A stretch of 44,087 nucleotides of DNA from Solirubrobacterales bacterium (GTDB taxonomy: Bacteria > Actinomycetota > Thermoleophilia > Solirubrobacterales > 70-9), in assembly GCA_051953975.1 (NCBI GenBank), contig JBQCIG010000256.1:1-44087 (forward strand). Direction: 5' to 3'. A program made the position numbers and the translations under genes. The notes beneath the pieces were generated by a model, which worked only from the letters and a program-made list of their open reading frames with translations, searched no databases and was not told the origin of the DNA. Below, piece by piece: positions 33,878 to 42,833 of this stretch (position 1 is the stretch's first letter; each line of letters begins with the position of its first letter).

Positions 33878-34645
33878 ATGAGCAACAAGCGGGAGCGGGA
33901 AAAACGGCGCGAAGAACGGCTGGCGGCCGAAGAACGGGTCGACACCACCGATCGGCGCACGCGGCTGCTGCAGATGGGCGCCGGCGCGGTCTTCCTGGTG
34001 ATCGTCGCCGTGGTCGTGCTGATCGTCGCCAACTCCTCCAGCAGCAACAGCGGCGGCGACACTGAACTCGAGGAAGTCGCCTCCGTCAACAAACTCCTCA
34101 GCGGCATCCCGCAGCAAAACCTCGAACTCGGGGACCAGAAAGCGCCGGTCACCCTCTACGAGTACGGAGACCTGCAGTGCCCGGTCTGCAGAGCGTATTC
34201 CGAAGAAGTCCTTCCCCAGATCATCGAAAACAAAGTCAAAAACGGCGAAGTGAAGATCGTCTTCCGCAACTTCGTGATCATCGGCGCGGACTCGACGCCG
34301 GCGGGCGCGGCGACGATCGCGGCCGGGAAACAGGGCCGTGGCTGGTTCTACCTCGAGCTCTTCTATCGCAACCAGGGCACCGAGAACTCCGGCTACGTGA
34401 CGCCGGAATTCATGGAATCCATCGCCAAAGGCGCGGGCGTGAAAGACCTCGCCAAGTGGAACGAAGAACGGGAAAACAAAGCCATCGTGGCCGAAATGGA
34501 AAAAACGACCCAGGAAGCCCAGAAATTCGGCTTCACCGGGACGCCATCGTTTGCGATCGAAGGCCCGCACGCCAACGGCATGGAACTGCTCGGTACGCCC
34601 GGCTCGGCCAGCGCTCTCGAAGAATCCATCGAAGAAGCCAGCTAA
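33878..34645 (+). CDS. DsbA-like thioredoxin-fold thiol:disulfide oxidoreductase, membrane-anchored
   Basis: GGGAGGA RBS before ATG 33878. One TM segment (GAGAVFLVIVAVVVLIV). Active site LYEYGDLQCPVCRAY. C-terminal GTPSFAI motif. Confidence 0.8.
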   Translation: MSNKREREKRREERLAAEERVDTTDRRTRLLQMGAGAVFLVIVAVVVLIVANSSSSNSGGDTELEEVASVNKLLSGIPQQNLELGDQKAPVTLYEYGDLQCPVCRAYSEEVLPQIIENKVKNGEVKIVFRNFVIIGADSTPAGAATIAAGKQGRGWFYLELFYRNQGTENSGYVTPEFMESIAKGAGVKDLAKWNEERENKAIVAEMEKTTQEAQKFGFTGTPSFAIEGPHANGMELLGTPGSASALEESIEEAS

Positions 34646-34730
34646 TCGGCCACCTCGAGGGGAGGCGCGGACCGCTCATCGCCGGAGCCTTCTCGGCCGC
34701 TTCGCCTGAGTTGACATAACCGCCATTATC

Positions 34731-35195
34731 GTGCGTTGGAGATGGAGAAAACGCAGCTTCTCGCCCTTAGAGAAAGGAGCTCTCGGCGCCATCGCTGCCA
34801 TCCTCTTTCTTGGGCTCTGCCTCTTCCCAGCGCTGTCCGACCTGGCGACTGAGCCATCTGCAGGCCTGCTCCGCTCCGTTGCCCAGATCGGAGGAGCTCT
34901 TCTTATCGCGTGGTCGATTCAAGCCGCCCTATTAATACGGGCATCCCATTACAGAGACGCAAACCAGGAGTCCATCGTTGGATCGTTCGTGGGCATCGCC
35001 GCCAGTGGATTTCTCGGCATCGTCGTCGCACTAGCGCTCTCAGAGCGCGCCGAAGCAGGTCACTGGATCTGGGCTGATCGCCTCGCCTTTTCGTTGGCCA
35101 GCAGCGCGCTTGTTTTCCTTGGGATCTGCCTGGTTTTCCTCGTCTACTTTGCTTACGAATGGTCCCGTCAAGGGCGGATCGATCCACCGGAGTAG
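34731..35195 (+). CDS. Hypothetical four-TM membrane protein in a visibly AT-richer patch
   Basis: Four hydrophobic segments. Codon usage is less GC3-biased than in the neighbours. No family recognised. Confidence 0.45.
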   Translation: MRWRWRKRSFSPLEKGALGAIAAILFLGLCLFPALSDLATEPSAGLLRSVAQIGGALLIAWSIQAALLIRASHYRDANQESIVGSFVGIAASGFLGIVVALALSERAEAGHWIWADRLAFSLASSALVFLGICLVFLVYFAYEWSRQGRIDPPE

Positions 35196-35206
35196 ACATA
35201 ACTCGT

Positions 35207-37243
35207 CTACTTCTTCCAGACGATGCGCACCCCAACTTTTGCGCGGGCGCATCCCTGCGGCAAGGCGTAGGCGAAGCGCTTGCCGGGGCGGCTGATGCGG
35301 AGGCGCAGGTGGGCGCGGCCGCGGGAGTTGGTCCTCGTGCTGCCGCCGGCGAAGCGGATGCGGACGTTGCTGCGGCAGGCCGGGACGTTGCTGAGGATGC
35401 GGAAGCGGAAGGTGCGCTTGTGGTCGGCTACCGCACGCCGCGGACGAACCCGCAGGCGCACCCGCGCCTTTTCCCGTTCTTCGGCGCGCTGCACTTCGGG
35501 GTCGCAGCTGGGCTTGGTGAAGACGTCGGAGTCGAACGGCTTGAGGCCTTCGGCCCCCGCGTAGGCGAGGTGCGAGAGGCCGAAGTCGTCCTCGGTCCAG
35601 CGCAGGAAGGAGTAGTGGTTGTAGGGGGTCTGGGTCACGGTCCCTGGCTGGATGCAGGGCGAGAGCATCACCGCCCCCACCCTGCCACCGCCGCTGCCGG
35701 ATTCCGGGCCGCCGTTGTTGGGCGTGTTCGGTCCGGTCGGCTCGTTGCAACACGAGCCGGCCCCCTTGGCCGACTCGTCGAAGGTGATCAGGATCGCCCC
35801 CTGGTCGCGGTAGGCGGAGGAGGCTTTGATCCGCGGCACCCATTCGCGCAGGAAGGCTTCGATGCCGGCGAAGCCGCCCGGCAGCGCCGGGTTGGCGCAG
35901 GTTTCGTCGTGGCCGTCGGAGCAGAGGTCCGGCGTGATGAAGGCGAAGTTGGGCGCGCTGCCTTCGCTTGCCAGGTCCACCGGCAGGTGGCTGAGGTCGA
36001 CGTCGTTTTCCTGGCAGGCCGGGAAGTCGATGATCGAGTGGAAGTAGACGAACGGGTTGTGCCGGGCCGCATACTGGTCTGCCGCCCGCGCTTTCTGGGT
36101 CGGGTCGATCGCCCCGATCGCCGGATGCCGGCAGCTGGCCGGTTCGCCGGCCGCGACCGAGTTGGCCATGTCCTGCATGTAGCCGCGCCAGCGCAAGCCG
36201 TTGCTTTCAAGCTGGTTGGCGACGGTGCGGACGCCGCGCGGGAAGACGCACCCCTGCCCCAGTGCGACGCCATCTTCGCGCAGCGTCCCCGGCAGCATTT
36301 CCGTGTAGATCTGGCAGTCGGACTGCGTCTGCGGGTTCGGCGGCTGGCCGCTGATCATCCCGATGTAGTTGTCGAGGCTCTCGTGGCCGATCCCGTAGTA
36401 ATTGGGGATGTAGGCGCCGGCTTCGCGCAGGGTCGTGGCCAGGTACGGTGCCGGCGGGCTGGTGCCGAAGGTCGTTTCGGCGTTCTCGTTCTCCAGCACG
36501 ATCACGAACAGGTGCTTGATCTGGGGGACGCCCGCCGGCAGGTTCGGCGCCGGCGGGGCGCTCACCGCGGCCGCCGATGCACGCGCCCCTCCCCCGCTCC
36601 CGCAGGCGATCCGCGCTTCGCGAAAGGCGCGGCGCAGCTGCCTGACTACCCGGTGGCGCTGCCTGCGCAGCTTGCCGATCCGCTTCGCCAGGCGCCGGCG
36701 CTTGCCGTCGTGCGCGTGCCGCTTCGCCCGCCGCAGCTTGCGGAGGTGGCGGTCGATGCGCGCGAGCCGGCGCTTCAGCTGCCCGACCTTGCGTTCCGCC
36801 ACCGGGCACGGCGGCACCACGGTCAGGGTCTCTTCGGTGTCGGTGGCGAACTGGCGTTCATCGCGGTCCTCGAGGAAGGCGCAGACGGTCTCGGGGCCGG
36901 GCGCGCCGATCTTCGCTTTGATCGAGACCGACTGCGCGTAGGGAGCACCGGCGCTCGGCGCCGGCAGGACCCGGTCGATCGCCGTCGGCCCTTCGGTGCC
37001 GGCGAACGAGCCCCCGCACTCCGGCGCGAAGCGAACCCGCAGACGCAGCGGCTGGTCCGCGATGTCGAGCGCGCCGGCTTCGGCTTCGACGCCGACTTCG
37101 AGCGGGAAGGCGGTCCCCGCCGCCACCACCGCCGGCGCCTGTGCGGTCACGCTGACCGGCTCGTCGAGGGCGGCTGCCGCCGGTTGCGCACCGAGCAGCA
37201 GCGCGCCCAGCGCCGCCAGCGACAGGACCGCCGCTCTCCTCAA
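35207..37243 (-). CDS. Secreted phosphoesterase-family protein (AcpA/PLC family) with an N-terminal beta domain, a highly basic helical insert and a C-terminal beta domain
   Basis: Signal peptide RRAAVLSLAALGALLLGAQPAAAA. Phosphoesterase motifs IKHLFVIVLENEN, HNPFVYF, FITPDLCSDGHD. TTG 37243 overlaps the upstream TGA (TTGA). The longer ORF that runs to 37741 overlaps the upstream gene. Confidence 0.75.
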   Translation of the reverse strand: MRRAAVLSLAALGALLLGAQPAAAALDEPVSVTAQAPAVVAAGTAFPLEVGVEAEAGALDIADQPLRLRVRFAPECGGSFAGTEGPTAIDRVLPAPSAGAPYAQSVSIKAKIGAPGPETVCAFLEDRDERQFATDTEETLTVVPPCPVAERKVGQLKRRLARIDRHLRKLRRAKRHAHDGKRRRLAKRIGKLRRQRHRVVRQLRRAFREARIACGSGGGARASAAAVSAPPAPNLPAGVPQIKHLFVIVLENENAETTFGTSPPAPYLATTLREAGAYIPNYYGIGHESLDNYIGMISGQPPNPQTQSDCQIYTEMLPGTLREDGVALGQGCVFPRGVRTVANQLESNGLRWRGYMQDMANSVAAGEPASCRHPAIGAIDPTQKARAADQYAARHNPFVYFHSIIDFPACQENDVDLSHLPVDLASEGSAPNFAFITPDLCSDGHDETCANPALPGGFAGIEAFLREWVPRIKASSAYRDQGAILITFDESAKGAGSCCNEPTGPNTPNNGGPESGSGGGRVGAVMLSPCIQPGTVTQTPYNHYSFLRWTEDDFGLSHLAYAGAEGLKPFDSDVFTKPSCDPEVQRAEEREKARVRLRVRPRRAVADHKRTFRFRILSNVPACRSNVRIRFAGGSTRTNSRGRAHLRLRISRPGKRFAYALPQGCARAKVGVRIVWKK

Positions 37244-38700
37244 GGCTTCAACCCGAGCTTCGAAGGGTGGCGGAAGGTCCGACCCGGGGTCGCGGGCCGG
37301 TAATGGAAGCCGAGACGCTCCAGGTAGCCGCTGGTGTGCAGGGTCGCGAGGTCGTGCTCCTTCGGCCGCCCGGTGAGCGGCTGCGCGCCGACGGCCGGCG
37401 CCGGGGCGCCGCCCTGGCAAGCCTGGCTGACCACCTGCGGTGGGTCGGGCAGGTTCGGGATCGAGTAATCCGGCTTCGATTCGAAGTCGAAGGAGCGGGC
37501 GATGTTGCGCGCGTACTTGTCGCGCGTCGTCAGCGGCGGCAGGCCGAAGCGGTAGCGGATCAGCTTCAGGATCGACTCGAAGCCGTAGATGTTGTGGTCG
37601 ACGTGGCCGCGGCGCGCGTAGGGCGAGACGAGGACGGCCGGGATCCGGATCCCCATCTGCCCGAAGTCCTGGTTGACGTCGGCGTTGGCGCGGTCGTCGG
37701 GCACCCGCGGCGGGCGCACGTGGTCGAAGAACCCGCCCCACTCGTCGTAGACGATGAAGAGGGCGCCGCGCCTGAACTGCGAGCTCTCCATGAAGGCGTG
37801 GACGACGTCGGCCATGAAGGCCTGGCCGAGGCGGACGTCGCCGTGGGGGTGCTCGTCGCCGGAGGTGCCCTGTTCCTCGCCGTTGAAGGCGGGGTCGACG
37901 AAGGAGACCGCCGGCAGCGTCCCGGTCGCGCAGCGCTCGTAGTACTCCTGCACCTGGCCGGAGCGGGCCAACCCCGGCGCTCCCCAGAGGGCGGAGACGG
38001 GGATGTCGGTGTAGAAGTAGCGGTTGGAGACGCCCGCGGCCGAGAGGGCGGCGAAGATCGTCGTGTCCGGGAAGCCGAGGCCGGTCGGGCCGACCGGCAG
38101 GGTGTTGTCGATCATCCCGTAGGACTGCGCGGCGTGCATGTACTCGCGGTTCGGATAGGTCGAGGCGAGCAGCGAGCAGAAGAAGCGGTCGAAGGTGGTG
38201 AAGGCACGCGCCGCCGCGGGAATGAACGGCAGGTCCTGCTCGGCGTAGTAGCCGATCGAGAAGGAGTCGTTTTCGCCAGAGCGCAGGAAGCCGTCCATGC
38301 GGCCGCCGTCGAGCTGCTGGCGCCCGCCCAGCCAGGAGTGATCCGGGTCGGGGTGGGCGCAGCCCTGGAAGTCGGGGGTGAGCCGGTGCGTGGCGTGCGG
38401 GTTGCCGGCAGCGTCGCGGTAGGTCAGCCCGCCCTGCCGGCCGTCGGCGCCGGGCAGCCAGCCGAGGTAGTGGTCGAAGGAGCGGTTCTCCATCATCAGC
38501 ACGACGATCGTGTCGAGCGGCAGGTTGCGCGGGCTCGGCACGTTCGCCCGCGTGCGCCGCGAGACCTCGGCGAGGATCGTGTCGGGGCTGAGGACCCCGG
38601 CCAGGCCGGCGCCGAGGCCGGCGGTGACCGCGGCGCGCTGGAGGAACTCGCGCCGGCGCAGGCCCTCCTCCGAGTCGTCCCAGCGCTCGATGTCGCTCAC
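37240..38700 (-). CDS. Tat-exported phospholipase C / phosphoesterase family protein
   Basis: Twin-arginine signal GLRRREFLQRAAVTAGLGAG. Motifs IVVLMMENRSFDHYLGW, EHPHGD and YDEWGGFFDHV. GTG start 7 nt after the upstream stop. Confidence 0.8.
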   Translation of the reverse strand: MSDIERWDDSEEGLRRREFLQRAAVTAGLGAGLAGVLSPDTILAEVSRRTRANVPSPRNLPLDTIVVLMMENRSFDHYLGWLPGADGRQGGLTYRDAAGNPHATHRLTPDFQGCAHPDPDHSWLGGRQQLDGGRMDGFLRSGENDSFSIGYYAEQDLPFIPAAARAFTTFDRFFCSLLASTYPNREYMHAAQSYGMIDNTLPVGPTGLGFPDTTIFAALSAAGVSNRYFYTDIPVSALWGAPGLARSGQVQEYYERCATGTLPAVSFVDPAFNGEEQGTSGDEHPHGDVRLGQAFMADVVHAFMESSQFRRGALFIVYDEWGGFFDHVRPPRVPDDRANADVNQDFGQMGIRIPAVLVSPYARRGHVDHNIYGFESILKLIRYRFGLPPLTTRDKYARNIARSFDFESKPDYSIPNLPDPPQVVSQACQGGAPAPAVGAQPLTGRPKEHDLATLHTSGYLERLGFHYRPATPGRTFRHPSKLGLKP

Positions 38701-38707
38701 GCTTCGA

Positions 38708-39343
38708 CTATAGGCGAGCCGAACCGCGAATCAATGGGCGCACGATCGGCGGCCCTTTCGGTAGGGCATCGTGCTCGAGATCGCCGACCTGGAACCCGGC
38801 GGCGCCGATCGCGGCGCCGGTGTCGCGGTTGCAGTGGCAGCCGTCGCCGAGGAAGCGCCAGGGACCCTCGAGGCGGTCCTGCCACTTGGCAAGGCCGGGA
38901 TGGCGGGAGCGGACGTGCTCAAGGAAGAGCAGTTGGCCGTCGGGCTTGAGGACACGGCCGATCTCGCGCAGCGCCGCGGCCTGGTCGGGGACGGTGCAGA
39001 GCACCAGGGTGACGACGGCGGTGTCGAACGAGTCGTCCTCGAAGGGAAGATCTTCGGCGGGGGCCTCGACCAGCTCTGCCCGACGATCGGCCTCGGCGAG
39101 CTTCTGCCGCAACTGCCTGATCATGTGCGGGTCGGGCTCGGTCAGCGTCAGGCTCTCGATCCCCTCTGGATAGTGCGCGAGGTTGAGGCCGGTCCCGGCG
39201 CCGAGCTCCACCACCCTCCCCCGCGCTCCCGCCAGCAACTCGCGGCGCATCTCCCGCAGGCCGGCCTCCTCGGTCGCCTTGAAGCCGCGGTCGTAGCAGG
39301 CCGAGAAGAGCCGCCCCCAGGTCGCGTCGTAGAGCCGGCCCAT
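38708..39343 (-). CDS. Class I SAM-dependent methyltransferase
   Basis: Motif I VVELGAGTGLNL, then FDTAVVTLVLC and LKPDGQLLFLEH. ATGA overlap with the SDR stop. Confidence 0.75.
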   Translation of the reverse strand: MGRLYDATWGRLFSACYDRGFKATEEAGLREMRRELLAGARGRVVELGAGTGLNLAHYPEGIESLTLTEPDPHMIRQLRQKLAEADRRAELVEAPAEDLPFEDDSFDTAVVTLVLCTVPDQAAALREIGRVLKPDGQLLFLEHVRSRHPGLAKWQDRLEGPWRFLGDGCHCNRDTGAAIGAAGFQVGDLEHDALPKGPPIVRPLIRGSARL

Positions 39344-40230
39344 CAGGCGGCGTCGTGCTCGCGCGCCACCTCTTCGTCCAGCGGCTGCTCGGCGCCGGCG
39401 CTGTGCGCCGCCCGCTCCTCGTAGGCGCGGCGGGCGCCGTGGTCGACGTCGATCATCAGCTTGTCGACCCCCATCGCGCGGCCGATCGCCTCGCGCCAGG
39501 AGCGCGGCAGCAGACCGATGATCTTGTAGATGGCGGCGTTGGCGCGCGGCACGAAGACGTCGAACCGCGGCACTTCCATCGCCGCGACGATCTCGTTCGC
39601 CACGTCGGAGGCCTCGACCGGCTTCACCCATTTCTGGCCGACGCCGCTGGTCAGCTCGGTGTTGACCACGGTCGGCATCACGCAGAGAACCTCGATCCCG
39701 GTCTCGCGCAGCTCCGCCCGCACCGCCTCGCTGAGGCCGACGACGGCGTGCTTGGTCCCCGAGTAGGTGGCGATCCCGGGGATTCCGGATTTGCCCGCCT
39801 GGGAGGCGATGTTGACGATGTAGCCGCTGCCGCGGGGACGCAGGCGCTGGATCGCCAGCTGGGTGCCGGTGATGACGCCAAGGAAGTTGATCTCGACCTG
39901 ACGGCGAATCGAGTCCTCGCCCTCTTCGGCGAACGGCGTCACCGGCATGATCCCGGCGTTGTTGACGAGGGCGTCGAGCGGTCCGAGCTGGCGCTCGGCC
40001 TCGTCGAGGAAGCGCCCGAAGGAGCCGCGGTCGGTGACGTCGAGCGGCAGCGCCACGGTGCCGCCGCCGAGCTCAGCCGCCGAGCGCTCCGCCAGCTCGA
40101 GGTCGAGGTCGCCGATCGCGACGCGGCATCCCTTCGCGACCAGCGCCGCCGCGGTTGCCTTGCCGATCCCCCGGGCGCCGCCGGTGATCGCCACCACCTT
40201 GCCGCCGAGTGAACGCCGCTCTTTCGCCAT
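39343..40230 (-). CDS. Short-chain dehydrogenase/reductase
   Basis: VVAITGGARGIGKA, NNAG and YSGTKHAV (YxxxK). GGAGGAG RBS before ATG 40230. Confidence 0.85.
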   Translation of the reverse strand: MAKERRSLGGKVVAITGGARGIGKATAAALVAKGCRVAIGDLDLELAERSAAELGGGTVALPLDVTDRGSFGRFLDEAERQLGPLDALVNNAGIMPVTPFAEEGEDSIRRQVEINFLGVITGTQLAIQRLRPRGSGYIVNIASQAGKSGIPGIATYSGTKHAVVGLSEAVRAELRETGIEVLCVMPTVVNTELTSGVGQKWVKPVEASDVANEIVAAMEVPRFDVFVPRANAAIYKIIGLLPRSWREAIGRAMGVDKLMIDVDHGARRAYEERAAHSAGAEQPLDEEVAREHDAA

Positions 40231-40257
40231 CGTGCTCCTCCTTACCCGTGGCGACCC

Positions 40258-41451
40258 CTAGGCCGCCGGTTTGTAGACCGTGACCACGGCGGCGCCGCCG
40301 AGGCCGATGTTGTGCTGGAGCGCCACTTCGGCGCCCTCCACCTGGCGCTTGCCGGCTTCTCCGCGCAGCTGCCAGGTCAGCTCCGAGCACTGCGCCAGGC
40401 CGGTCGCCCCGAGCGGGTGGCCCTTGGAGATCAGCCCGCCGGAGGGGTTGACGACGACCTTGCCGCCGTAGGTAGTCGCTTCTGCTTCGACCAGCTTGTG
40501 CGCCTCGCCCTCGGCCGCGAAGCTGAGCGCTTCGTAGGTGATCAGCTCGTTGGCGCTGAAGCAGTCGTGCAGCTCGCAGACGTCGACTTCCTCGGCGCCG
40601 ACGCCCGCTTCCTCGTAGGCGATCCGCGCCGCCGTCGCCGACATGTCGGAGCCGACGATCGTCATGCAGTTGGCGTCCTCGTCGAAGGTCGAGCTGAGGT
40701 CGGTGACCATCGCCTGGCCGGCGATCTCGATCGCCTGCTCCCAGAGGCCGTGCGCCTCGACGTAGCGCTCGGAGGCGACGATCGCGCAGGCCGAGCCGTC
40801 GGAGGTCGGCGAGCACTGCAGCTTGGTCAGTGGGTCGTGGATCATCTTCGCCGCCTTGATGTCCTCCAGCGAGTACTCGTCCTGGAATTGGGCGTAAGGG
40901 TTGTTGACCGAGTGCTTGTGGTTCTTCCAGCCGATCCAGGCGAAGTGGTCGGGTTCGGAGCCGTACTTCTGCATGTGGTCGCGGCCGGCGTTACCGAACA
41001 TCTGCGGCGCCGGCGGCGAGGGCTCGGGCTCGCGCAGCTCGAACATCCGCATCGCGTGCTTGTCGAGCGCGTTGGTGCGGTCGGTGTACTTGACCCCGAG
41101 GCTGCCCGGCTCCATCTTCTCGAAGCCAAGCGCCAGGGCGCAGTCGGCGAGACCCCCCTTGACCGCCTGCCGGGCCAGAAACAGCGCCGAGGAGCCGGTC
41201 GAGCAGTTGTTGTTGACGTTGACGACGGGGATGCCGGTAAGGCCGAGCTGGTAGAGCGCCCGCTGCCCGTAGGTCGAGTCGCCGTAGCAGTAGCCGGCGA
41301 AAGCCTGCTCGACGTCCTCGTAGGGGATGCCGGCGTCGGCGAGCGCCCTCTCCCCCGCCTCCCTGGCCCAGTCGGGGTAATCGCCCTCCTTGCTGCCGGG
41401 CTTCTCGAACTTGGTCATCCCGACCCCGATCACGAACGTGCGGTTGCTCAA
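40258..41451 (-). CDS. Thiolase-fold protein (SCP-x/lipid-transfer-type acetyl-CoA acetyltransferase-like)
   Basis: [28 protein letters not shown] (nucleophile Cys) and a C-terminal [17 protein letters not shown] lies 7 nt before TTG 41451. The longer ORF that runs to 41943 is a shadow extension. Confidence 0.8.
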   Translation of the reverse strand: MSNRTFVIGVGMTKFEKPGSKEGDYPDWAREAGERALADAGIPYEDVEQAFAGYCYGDSTYGQRALYQLGLTGIPVVNVNNNCSTGSSALFLARQAVKGGLADCALALGFEKMEPGSLGVKYTDRTNALDKHAMRMFELREPEPSPPAPQMFGNAGRDHMQKYGSEPDHFAWIGWKNHKHSVNNPYAQFQDEYSLEDIKAAKMIHDPLTKLQCSPTSDGSACAIVASERYVEAHGLWEQAIEIAGQAMVTDLSSTFDEDANCMTIVGSDMSATAARIAYEEAGVGAEEVDVCELHDCFSANELITYEALSFAAEGEAHKLVEAEATTYGGKVVVNPSGGLISKGHPLGATGLAQCSELTWQLRGEAGKRQVEGAEVALQHNIGLGGAAVVTVYKPAA

Positions 41452-41469
41452 CTCTTCGCTCCTCCCATG

Positions 41470-41487
41470 TTTGGCTGGCTGGCCAAA
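41470..41487. promoter_or_regulatory. Palindrome TTTGGC-N6-GCCAAA upstream of the thiolase operon (candidate operator)
   Basis: TTTGGCTGGCTGGCCAAA at 41470-41487, about 20 nt upstream of the thiolase start, in the divergent intergenic region shared with ccdA. Confidence 0.25.
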
Positions 41488-41571
41488 TCTAGCGCGGATC
41501 GGGGATTCGGCGTGGAAGGGGCACTCCGGCGAGGCCCGGGCGACACGGTCCTGAAGGTAATCTGAGGGGTC

Positions 41572-42333
41572 GTGGTAATCGCCGCCGTCAGCTCCGACCC
41601 CGCCGCGGGGGTAGGAATCCTCGCCGCGCTCGCCGCGGGGATCGTCTCCTTCCTCTCCCCCTGCGTGCTGCCGCTGGTGCCCGGATACCTCTCGGCGGTG
41701 ACGGGCGTCTCGGCGGCCGAGCTCGACGAGGTCGGCTGGCGCCGCGTGCTGGGTCCGAGCCTTCTGTTCGTGGCGAGCTTCTCGGTGATCTTCATCCTGC
41801 TGGGGCTGACTGCGACCGGCCTCGGCTCCTTCCTCGACGAAAACAAGGCGCTGCTGACGAAGATCTCGGCGGCCTTGATCATCGCCATGGGCGTCCTTTT
41901 CGTCGCCTCCCTCTTCATCACGCGGCTGAACCGCGAGTGGCACGTCGAGGCGCTACTGGAGCGGGCCGGCAAGGGCGGGCCGATCGTCGCCGGGGCGGCC
42001 TTCGCGATCGCCTGGACGCCCTGCATCGGCCCCACCCTGGGCGCGATCCTCTCGGCGGCGGCGCTGACCGAATCGGCCGCGCGCGGAGCCTTTCTGCTGG
42101 CGGTCTACTCGGCCGGCCTGGCAATCCCCTTCCTGCTGACGGCGCTCGCCTTCTCCCAGATGACCACCGCCTTCGCCGTCGTCAAGCGCCACTACCAGGC
42201 GATCGTCGCCGTCGGCGGCCTGATCCTGATCGCGATGGGCATCCTGATCTGGACCGGCGAGCTGTTCCAGCTCAACATCGAAGCCCAGAACTGGCTGAGC
42301 AACCTCGGCTTGGACTTCTGGAACTCCGTCTAG
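41572..42333 (+). CDS. ccdA: Cytochrome c biogenesis / thiol-disulfide electron transporter CcdA (DsbD transmembrane family)
   Basis: [14 protein letters not shown] and [11 protein letters not shown] (two conserved membrane Cys). Six TM helices. GTG start. Confidence 0.85.
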   Translation: MVIAAVSSDPAAGVGILAALAAGIVSFLSPCVLPLVPGYLSAVTGVSAAELDEVGWRRVLGPSLLFVASFSVIFILLGLTATGLGSFLDENKALLTKISAALIIAMGVLFVASLFITRLNREWHVEALLERAGKGGPIVAGAAFAIAWTPCIGPTLGAILSAAALTESAARGAFLLAVYSAGLAIPFLLTALAFSQMTTAFAVVKRHYQAIVAVGGLILIAMGILIWTGELFQLNIEAQNWLSNLGLDFWNSV

Positions 42334-42340
42334 CGCCGAG

Positions 42341-42377
42341 GCCGCAAAAAAGCATCCTCAAGGAGCGTTTTCGCGGC
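42341..42377. terminator. Imperfect hairpin between convergent genes (bidirectional terminator-like)
   Basis: GCCGCAAAAAAGC (42341-42353) and GCGTTTTCGCGGC (42365-42377): a 13-bp stem with 2 mismatches, A/T-rich on both flanks. Confidence 0.4.
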
Positions 42378-42384
42378 TTCGCGA

Positions 42385-42663
42385 TCAGTTCCGGGTCGGC
42401 GCGACGGTCTCGAGCTCCTGGCCGACCGCCTCGACGATCTCCAGGCCGTCGTCCTCGAGGTCGCGCGAGCAGACGATGCGGAAGCGCCCGGTGCCGATCT
42501 CGGCATCTGGGACCACCGGCAATCCCCGGATCGTGTCCCAGCCCAGCCGCTCAACCTCGAACGGGTTCATCCGCACCTCCGCCGCCGGGAACGGGCAGTT
42601 CGCGTTGTGCTGGTCGATCGCCTTCGAGATCGCCTCGAGGTTCTTCGCCTCCGGGGACGCCAT
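42385..42663 (-). CDS. Hypothetical small protein (92 aa)
   Basis: Strong GC3 bias throughout (MASPEAKNLEAISKAIDQHNANCPFPAAEVRMNPFEVERLGWD...). ATG 42663, with an alternative TTG at 42669. No family recognised. Confidence 0.5.
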   Translation of the reverse strand: MASPEAKNLEAISKAIDQHNANCPFPAAEVRMNPFEVERLGWDTIRGLPVVPDAEIGTGRFRIVCSRDLEDDGLEIVEAVGQELETVAPTRN

Positions 42664-42698
42664 GTCCAAAGCCTAGAGATTGGGGGACAATCTCCACG

Positions 42699-42767
42699 AT
42701 GCGCGATCTTCCGCTCACCGGCGGGTGCAACTGCGGCGCGGTCCGCTTCGAGGTTACCGCACCGTGA
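42699..42767 (+). pseudogene. Probable remnant of a GFA/CENP-V-family (glutathione-dependent formaldehyde-activating-like) gene
   Basis: The 22-codon ORF MRDLPLTGGCNCGAVRFEVTAP-stop matches the characteristic N-terminus of GFA-family proteins (G-x-C-x-C-G-A-V-R-F-E). The remainder of the domain is absent. Confidence 0.35.
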
Positions 42768-42833
42768 GCCCGCCTCGAAAGGTCGCGCTGAGGCAGGGGC
42801 GTCCCGTCCCTTCGCCGTCCTACGATCGGTGCA

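Noticed and set aside
35190-35212. A short hairpin GTAGAC-N7-GTCTAC between convergent genes, considered as a bidirectional terminator.
   Set aside because: The stem is only 6 bp and overlaps both stop codons. It is too weak to call.
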